In this document: positions 58,840 through 64,000 of the stretch, piece after piece
Position numbering within the stretch: position 1 is the stretch's first letter
How the letters are laid out: every line of letters starts with the position of its first letter
From: Candidatus Collierbacteria bacterium UBA2277
GTDB taxonomy: Bacteria > Patescibacteriota > Microgenomatia > UBA1400 > MFAQ01
Direction of reading: 5' to 3'
Assembly (NCBI GenBank): GCA_002347045.1
Contig: DDWV01000001.1
Span: forward strand, 355,844 to 419,843
DNA: 64,000 nucleotides
Position numbers and translations under genes: made by a program
The notes under the pieces: model-generated
What the model saw: only the letters and a program-made list of their open reading frames with translations
Told to the model about the DNA's origin: nothing
The model's database searches: none

Positions 58840-58986
58840 AGTTTTAAGATTTTAGCAGAAAGATATGTAATTTGCTAATGATTTATTGATTAAGAAACCT
58901 GAGCCCAAGAAGGATGGTTGCTAGAATGGCCATAAAAGTTACGAGTGTGAAAAATGTAAAGGAAAACTTAGAGTTTTTTGTCATTT

Positions 58987-59442
58987 TTAGTTTGAAGTAA
59001 CTTTGATAGTTTTTTCCTCGGACCAAAGATGATTCTCCCCAACTTTGGCATAGGCTCTAAAGAAAACTTTTCCTGAGTCGGAGAACTTGATGTTAAGATC
59101 AAAAGTATCTGGAAGCTTGAAAGAGCCAGAGTAATAATCATTTAATCGATTTGGATAGCCAACGGCATCAGGCGAGTCTGTGATTAAAAGGCCGCTAGGG
59201 GAAGAGATTGGGCCCCAAAAAATTGTAGTGTCTGTGGCAATTTGATCTGGAGAGGTTTTTATCTCCCAAGAAAATGACCCAGAGTTTCCTGTCTTTACGG
59301 TTTCAGGGTATGATTTGAGAGTTATCTCTTGTGGTGATCGACCTGTGTCTTTTAGGCTTTTCTGGGCTGACTGGTAGTTGTAATAAATTAGACACAAAAA
59401 TAGAAGAATGGCTAAATATAAATAGTTTGTTTTATTTTTCAT
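58987..59442 (-). CDS. hypothetical secreted protein
   Basis: 151 aa. Signal/TM YLYLAILLFLCLIYY. Confidence 0.4.
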   Translation of the reverse strand: MKNKTNYLYLAILLFLCLIYYNYQSAQKSLKDTGRSPQEITLKSYPETVKTGNSGSFSWEIKTSPDQIATDTTIFWGPISSPSGLLITDSPDAVGYPNRLNDYYSGSFKLPDTFDLNIKFSDSGKVFFRAYAKVGENHLWSEEKTIKVTSN

Positions 59443-59891
59443 ATTTTGTCTGAGTCTAAAACAATAGTTACTGGCCCATTTAGGTTTACTTTTATGTCCA
59501 TGTGCTCGCCAAAAAAGCCTGTTTTTACCTTAAGTCCCACTTTAGTTAGTTTATCAGCAAACTGCTGATAGAGAGGAATCGCAATTTCTTTGTCGGCAGC
59601 TAGATAAAAACTTGGGCGGTTGTTGCCCTTGACATCTCCAAGGAGAGTAAATTGTGAAATTAGAAGGATCTCTGATTTGACAGTGAGAATGTCTAAGTTC
59701 ATTTTTTTGTCTTCATCAGGAAAGATGCGAAGCTTAAGTAGCTTTGAAGCTAACTTATCTACCGTTTTTTCTGTGTCTGATTTTGAAATACCTAAAAAAA
59801 CAATTAAACCCGACCTTGTTGCCCGCTTGGTTTTGGGCATGTCTTTTATGCAGACTGAGGCAGAGTCTACCAACTGTACGATAGCAATCAT
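59439..59891 (-). CDS. dtd: D-aminoacyl-tRNA deacylase
   Basis: 150 aa. SQFTL motif, NRPSF, C-terminal GPVT. Confidence 0.85.
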   Translation of the reverse strand: MIAIVQLVDSASVCIKDMPKTKRATRSGLIVFLGISKSDTEKTVDKLASKLLKLRIFPDEDKKMNLDILTVKSEILLISQFTLLGDVKGNNRPSFYLAADKEIAIPLYQQFADKLTKVGLKVKTGFFGEHMDIKVNLNGPVTIVLDSDKI

Positions 59892-59950
59892 ATGGTTTGA
59901 TTATAGTGGCATTTAGGGCACATTAGGCAAGTATTGTTTGAGAAATAAAA

Positions 59951-61111
59951 CTATTTTGAAGTGAAGTATATTTTGCCTTTCAGCTGATCTGGAAGTAGAT
60001 CTGAGTCTGTGTACATTTCATAGTCTTTTCCATAGCCGAGCTTTTTCATAAGCTTTGTAGGGGCATTTCTGAGATTTAGAGGTATTGGTAAATTTCCAAA
60101 CTGAGCAACATCTGCTTGGGCGGCACGAAACCCGTTGTAGACTGAGCGATTCTTTGGAGAGTTTGAGAGGTATACAACACCATGGGCCAAGTTAATGGCA
60201 CATTCTGGGTAGCCGATGGTTTCACAGGCTCTAAAGACGTCGTTGGCAACAACTAGTGCGGTTGGCTGAGCAATACCAATATCCTCCGAAGAAAAGATAA
60301 CCATGCGACGGGCGATAAATAGAGGGTCTTCACCGGAGTCAACCAGCCGTGCCAGGTAATATAGAGCAGCATTTGGGTTGCTGGCTCTCATGGACTTAAT
60401 GAAAGCCGATATGGTGTTGTAGTGTTCTTCTCCTTGTTTGTCAAAACGAAGAAAACGAGATTGAAGAGCTGTTTTGAAGTTTTCTACAGTTAGTTCTCCA
60501 TACAACGAAGCAGTAGATTCGATAAGACCAATAGCTTGTCGGGCGTCTCCATTTGCAAATATTGATAACCATTCTTTAGCTTCTTTGTCTGTTTTTAGTT
60601 TTAGGACTTTAATGGCACGAGAGATAATTTTCTCAATTTCTTTAGCTGAAAGCTCGTTAAGAACAAACACACGGCACCGCGAAAGCAATGGAGCGATGAT
60701 TTCAAAACTAGGGTTTTCTGTAGTAGCTCCGATTAAAGTTAGCTTACCTCTTTCAACAAACGGAAGAAGAAAGTCTTGCTGAGCCTTGTTGAAGCGATGG
60801 ATTTCATCAAGAAAAAGAACTACTGGTTTTTCTGTTTTTTCGGTGTTGTTTAGTATTTCTCGAATGTCGTTTTTACCAGCTGACACGGCGGATAGCTCAT
60901 AAAAATCTGCCTCAATAGCATCTGAGTAAATTCTGGCGATAGTAGTTTTACCGGTACCAGGAGGACCCCAGAGAATAAAGGAAAAAATGTGTTTGTTTTC
61001 GATAGCTTGACGTAGAGGCTTCCCTTTTCCAACTAGATGCTCTTGACCAACATACTGACTGATTGTGCTTGGGCGAATTTTTGAAGCAAGAGGTTCTATT
61101 AGGTTTGACAT
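59951..61111 (-). CDS. rarA: replication-associated recombination protein A (MgsA/RarA AAA+ ATPase)
   Basis: 386 aa. GPPGTGKTT Walker A. FLDEIHRFNKAQQD. C-terminal MgsA helix domain. Confidence 0.9.
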   Translation of the reverse strand: MSNLIEPLASKIRPSTISQYVGQEHLVGKGKPLRQAIENKHIFSFILWGPPGTGKTTIARIYSDAIEADFYELSAVSAGKNDIREILNNTEKTEKPVVLFLDEIHRFNKAQQDFLLPFVERGKLTLIGATTENPSFEIIAPLLSRCRVFVLNELSAKEIEKIISRAIKVLKLKTDKEAKEWLSIFANGDARQAIGLIESTASLYGELTVENFKTALQSRFLRFDKQGEEHYNTISAFIKSMRASNPNAALYYLARLVDSGEDPLFIARRMVIFSSEDIGIAQPTALVVANDVFRACETIGYPECAINLAHGVVYLSNSPKNRSVYNGFRAAQADVAQFGNLPIPLNLRNAPTKLMKKLGYGKDYEMYTDSDLLPDQLKGKIYFTSK

Positions 61112-61183
61112 TTTCGGTTTTTATTTGGGTATAGTCTATATTATGATGATTTTAAAACAGTGTCAAGGGCTATGCACATAAAA

Positions 61184-61210
61184 AAATCAGCCCCTCTATG
61201 GGGCTGAAAA
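61184..61210 (-). terminator. intrinsic terminator on the minus strand (CAGCCCC-auaga-GGGGCUG followed by AUUUUUUU)
   Basis: 12 nt downstream of the 61222..61608 gene stop. Confidence 0.65.
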
Positions 61211-61221
61211 TGATACTAAAC

Positions 61222-61608
61222 TCATTTTTTTATTTCATCTTGAAGATCTTTGAGAGAACTCATATGTTCTGCAAGAACTGACTTTGCTGTTTCAAAAAGC
61301 TTGTCTTTTGGCATTTCCGTAACTACGCCATAAGTTTCTGAAAATTTATCTATTGACATTAGCTCAATTGTTTCTTGGTCGTTTAACATGACTATTACGA
61401 GTATCGCAGGGTCACTCTCAACCAAAGATGATGATGATGATGAGGGGATATCAAGATTGCAGAGATCAAGCTTTATTGCGCTTGATTTGGCTATGAGGGT
61501 CTTTGCGCACCACGTTTGTGATGGATAAGTAGTGATACAAAGAACTAACCATAGCTCTGTGTCCTGATTGGGTGAGAGTCTTTTTTTTCCTTCATTGAAA
61601 AGGGCCAT
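61222..61608 (-). CDS. hypothetical protein
   Basis: 128-aa ORF followed by a clean terminator. Confidence 0.4.
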   Translation of the reverse strand: MALFNEGKKRLSPNQDTELWLVLCITTYPSQTWCAKTLIAKSSAIKLDLCNLDIPSSSSSSLVESDPAILVIVMLNDQETIELMSIDKFSETYGVVTEMPKDKLFETAKSVLAEHMSSLKDLQDEIKK

Positions 61609-61748
61609 TTATACCTCCTGAGTATTGTTGTATTATAGGGCCAGAACTGTAAAGTGTCAATGAAGCTGGTCTAATCGTCTTATTGCTTGATAGTGAGTCG
61701 TGGATAGTTAACGTAAGGTTTGATGTGATTTGTGTTAAAATATGGGAT

Positions 61749-62237
61749 ATGACATATTTCAATCGAGGAGGATTCGGAGGTGGTCAAGGAGGAAGACCAA
61801 GTTACAACAATCGTGATTCAGGAAGACAGGAAATGCACAAGGCTACCTGTGAAGAATGCGGTAAAGACTGCGAGGTTCCTTTTAGACCCAATGGCAGCAG
61901 ACCAGTATACTGTAGTTCTTGTTTTGAGGCTAGAGGTGGAGGAAGCTCTGATAGACCTCAGTCTAGAGATTATGGCCGAGATAACTCACGAAGTTTTGGA
62001 AGAGATAGCTATTCCCCAAACAGAGGTAACAGAGATGAAAGACCGGCGTCAAGACAAGTTGACTATTCTGGAGATTTTGCAGCTTTGAACAAAAGAATTG
62101 ACAAAGTAGTAGAGCTTCTGTACGTACTTAAACAACAGAACCAGGGTGATGATGTAGTAGAAGTAAAAAAAGAATCAACTAAAAAAGCACCTAAAAAAAT
62201 AGTTAAGAAGGCAAAGAAAAAGACACTAAAAGTTTAA
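61749..62237 (+). CDS. Gly/Arg-rich CxxC...CxxC zinc-ribbon protein with basic C-terminal tail
   Basis: Start placed at the internal ATG (MTYFNRGGFGGGQGG...). CEECGKDCEV..16 aa..CSSC treble-clef-like pattern. KK-rich C-terminus. Followed by a terminator. Confidence 0.5.
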   Translation: MTYFNRGGFGGGQGGRPSYNNRDSGRQEMHKATCEECGKDCEVPFRPNGSRPVYCSSCFEARGGGSSDRPQSRDYGRDNSRSFGRDSYSPNRGNRDERPASRQVDYSGDFAALNKRIDKVVELLYVLKQQNQGDDVVEVKKESTKKAPKKIVKKAKKKTLKV

Positions 62238-62258
62238 TCTATCTTTTTTACAAAAAAA

Positions 62259-62283
62259 GCTGGAGATACTCCGGCTTTTTTTG
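62259..62283 (+). terminator. intrinsic terminator GCTGGAG-ata-CTCCGGC plus T8
   Basis: Lies 22 nt after the 61749..62237 stop. It also lies inside the annotated 3' end of the 62234..63910 ORF, which argues that this tail is not coding. Confidence 0.65.
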
Positions 62284-62313
62284 TGCTTAAAATGGTAGAA
62301 TATACGGGTACAT

Positions 62314-62385
62314 TGCCGGATCGTCTAATGGTAGGACGTCGCCCTCTGGAGGCGAATATTCTAGGTTCGAGTCCTAGTCCGGCAA
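62314..62385 (+). tRNA. tRNA-Gln (anticodon CTG)
   Basis: Manual fold. U1:A72 acceptor TGCCGGA/TCCGGCA, which is a bacterial tRNA-Gln hallmark. D-arm GTCT-AATGGTA-GGAC. Anticodon stem TCGCC/GGCGA with loop CTCTGGA. T-arm CTAGG-TTCGAGT-CCTAG. Discriminator A. G37 is atypical. Confidence 0.7.
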
Positions 62386-62460
62386 CAGAAAGGGATTCCC
62401 CGCCCGTTTTCGTGGTAGTCGCCCGCGCGCCCGCCCACGCGCGGAGCGATGCGAAGGGCT

Positions 62461-62480
62461 TTTCCCATTCCACAATAATC
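62461..62480. repeat. left copy of 20-bp imperfect inverted repeat gcggagcgatgcgaagggct
   Basis: Its reverse-complement partner at 63981-64000 reads gcggagcgatgctcagggct, an 18/20 match. Both copies are GC-rich in an AT-rich background. Confidence 0.6.
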
Positions 62481-63980
62481 TGTTTATCTTTCAAAAAGAA
62501 GTTCGAACCGATGTTTTGGACGAAGATCCGCAGATCTGAGTCCACGGAACCCTTGCGCGCGATTTTTTGCGCCATTATGGCACTATTTACAAATTTAGAA
62601 AAAGGTTCGAGCCAACTACAACCTTCTTCCTCTGTTTTGGATATCTGTTGCTCAAGCTTTAGCTTTTCTTGGAATAATTGACTCTTTTTGGTTTTGTAGA
62701 CATCGGAATCAACTGTGCCGTCCAGATATCCATCGAGTAAGACATTGAGTTTGGTATCAAAGCTTTCGGTTTGAGTATGAAGCAAAGCGAGAACTTTTTC
62801 TTTGGACTCATCCGCTAGGACTTTATCTTGTGCCAAACGAGTTTTCCACTCAGATTGCCAAGATCTGGGGAGGGCGGAGGACTTAACCTGACTCTTTAAT
62901 TGACCGAAGAGTTTGTTTTCTTCCAGATACGGCTGAGAGCAGGCCTTAATTTTCTTAGTACAGCGGTAGTAAATATATTTGACTGTTCTGTTTGTTCTAC
63001 GATAGTTTTTGATATGTTGCTCAGCCGTGATGGTAGCGCCGCACTCACCACACCGCATTAGTCCAGAAAAAGCAAAGTCGTGACTGGTTTCTCTTGGTCG
63101 AGAAAGCTTTTTGGTTCTTTCTTGTACTTTCTCAAAAAGTTGTTTGCTGATGAAAGTCGGGTGGGAAGCCGGAAACTCCTCGCCATTAAACTCCATCGTG
63201 CCGATGTAGAACTTTTTCTTAAACATCTGAGATATTTTGTCGATTTTGAGAGGCTTCCCCTTGCCCGACTGGATTCCATTGTCAAAAAGAAAACGAGTGA
63301 TACCTGCGAAAGAAGTTTTCCCTTCAGCAAACAACTCAAAAGCTTTCTTGATTATTTTTGCTTTTTCCGGATCGATGTCAATCGATTTGTTCTCCACTAT
63401 ATTCTTGTAGCCAAGAGGGGCTTTGTTCGGCCAAACGCCATTCCGTAACTTTTGTCGATTACCTCGCTTTACATTTTCACTTAGGTTATCGACATAGTAT
63501 TTAGACTGGCCAAAAGCGATGTTGAGCATAAACTTGCCTTGAGGGGTGTTTTCAAACCAAAACGATGGGAATTTCAGATCAACGATTATGCCAGTATCAA
63601 CGAGGTAGATTATTTGTCCGCCATCGACCGAGTTTCTGGCCAGTCTATCTGGGTGCCAACTGAGAATGGCGTTGGCTTGGCCGGACTGGAGAAGCTTCAT
63701 CATTTGCTGAAAGACTAATCTTCCAGGTTCTTTGGCCGTTTTGCTTTCAACTAATGTTTCGACAATGTGAAGCTTCTCCCTCTTGGCGAATTCTTTGAGT
63801 TCGGCAATCTGAGCCTCAATCGACAAAACTTGTCGATCCTTCTCATCTGTGGACTTCCGACAGTACGCAATGTACTTTGTCATACATTCATTTAACCATA
63901 AATTACCCAAAGCTTCCGCAGAAGTTTACCGAATTCATTTTTGCGTTTTCTGTCGCTTTTTGAAAGATACAGATTATTAA

Positions 63981-64000
63981 AGCCCTGAGCATCGCTCCGC
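63981..64000. repeat. right copy of inverted repeat (agccctgagcatcgctccgc); truncated by window end
   Basis: See the partner at 62461-62480. The repeat may extend beyond the window. Confidence 0.6.

Larger units (their letters stand above)
62234..63910 (-). mobile_element. large serine recombinase CDS (second, unrelated copy). The annotated 3' ~230 nt read through a GC-rich patch, tRNA-Gln and a terminator and are probably not genuine coding sequence
   Basis: N-terminus YIAYCRKSTDEKDRQVLSIEAQ with the catalytic Ser (start probably at M 63883). Recombinase domain. Cys cluster CGECG...C..C. Body bracketed by the inverted repeats below. Confidence 0.8.

Noticed and set aside
62283-62681. 132-aa plus-strand ORF
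   Set aside because: It starts upstream of and runs through tRNA-Gln and the GC-rich patch, on the strand opposite the recombinase. It is a GC-rich read-through artefact.

Overview
This is an AT-rich, compact stretch of bacterial chromosome, roughly 35-40% GC by eye, with most genes on the minus strand. It has no rRNA and no CRISPR array. The gene content (a 108-aa minimal TsaB, many small hypothetical membrane or secreted proteins, sortase plus LPXTG, FtsEX plus a PcsB-like hydrolase, Lgt) suggests a reduced-genome, Gram-positive-like lineage. Patescibacteria/CPR-like is my inference, not a database result.

Housekeeping genes that are recognisable:
- rmlA/rmlB/rmlD-like dTDP-sugar genes.
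- secA, serS, proS, prfB (with no programmed frameshift), greA, lon, rarA, dtd, lgt, nfo, zupT, rlmB, nrnA.
- tsaB and tsaE.

Envelope and surface genes:
- A sortase next to a 1036-aa surface protein ending in LPATG, and a second secreted anchored protein.
- A CAP-domain membrane protein.
- A PBP5-like DD-carboxypeptidase and a LysM L,D-transpeptidase.
- FtsE/FtsX followed by a coiled-coil secreted protein with a C39-like cysteine peptidase domain.

Transport and signalling:
- Two paralogous HlyD/ABC-ATPase/FtsX-type-permease (MacAB-like) modules, one of them led by a histidine kinase/OmpR-type pair.
- An ECF sigma factor with a putative anti-sigma partner.

Mobile and accessory content is the most interesting part. 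Two tRNAs (Glu-CTC at 29589-29662 and Gln-CTG at 62314-62385) are each immediately followed by a convergent large serine recombinase gene.
- The first recombinase heads a ~6.5-kb accessory island at 29.66-36.15 kb. It carries a compositionally alien gene (~53% GC) with a perfect TTGACA-N17-TATTAT promoter, an AGGAGG SD and a strong terminator. It also carries a GNAT / receiver-like / kinase-like / HAD cluster.
- The second recombinase ORF reads through the tRNA-Gln and a GC-rich patch. It is bracketed by an 18/20 inverted repeat whose distal copy sits at the last 20 bases of the window.

The main candidates for a new system are the island cargo (the alien cassette plus the kinase-like/receiver/HAD module), an ATP-cone-restriction-endonuclease fusion, and a PRTase-like protein with a novel N-terminal domain. 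All are flagged as inference.
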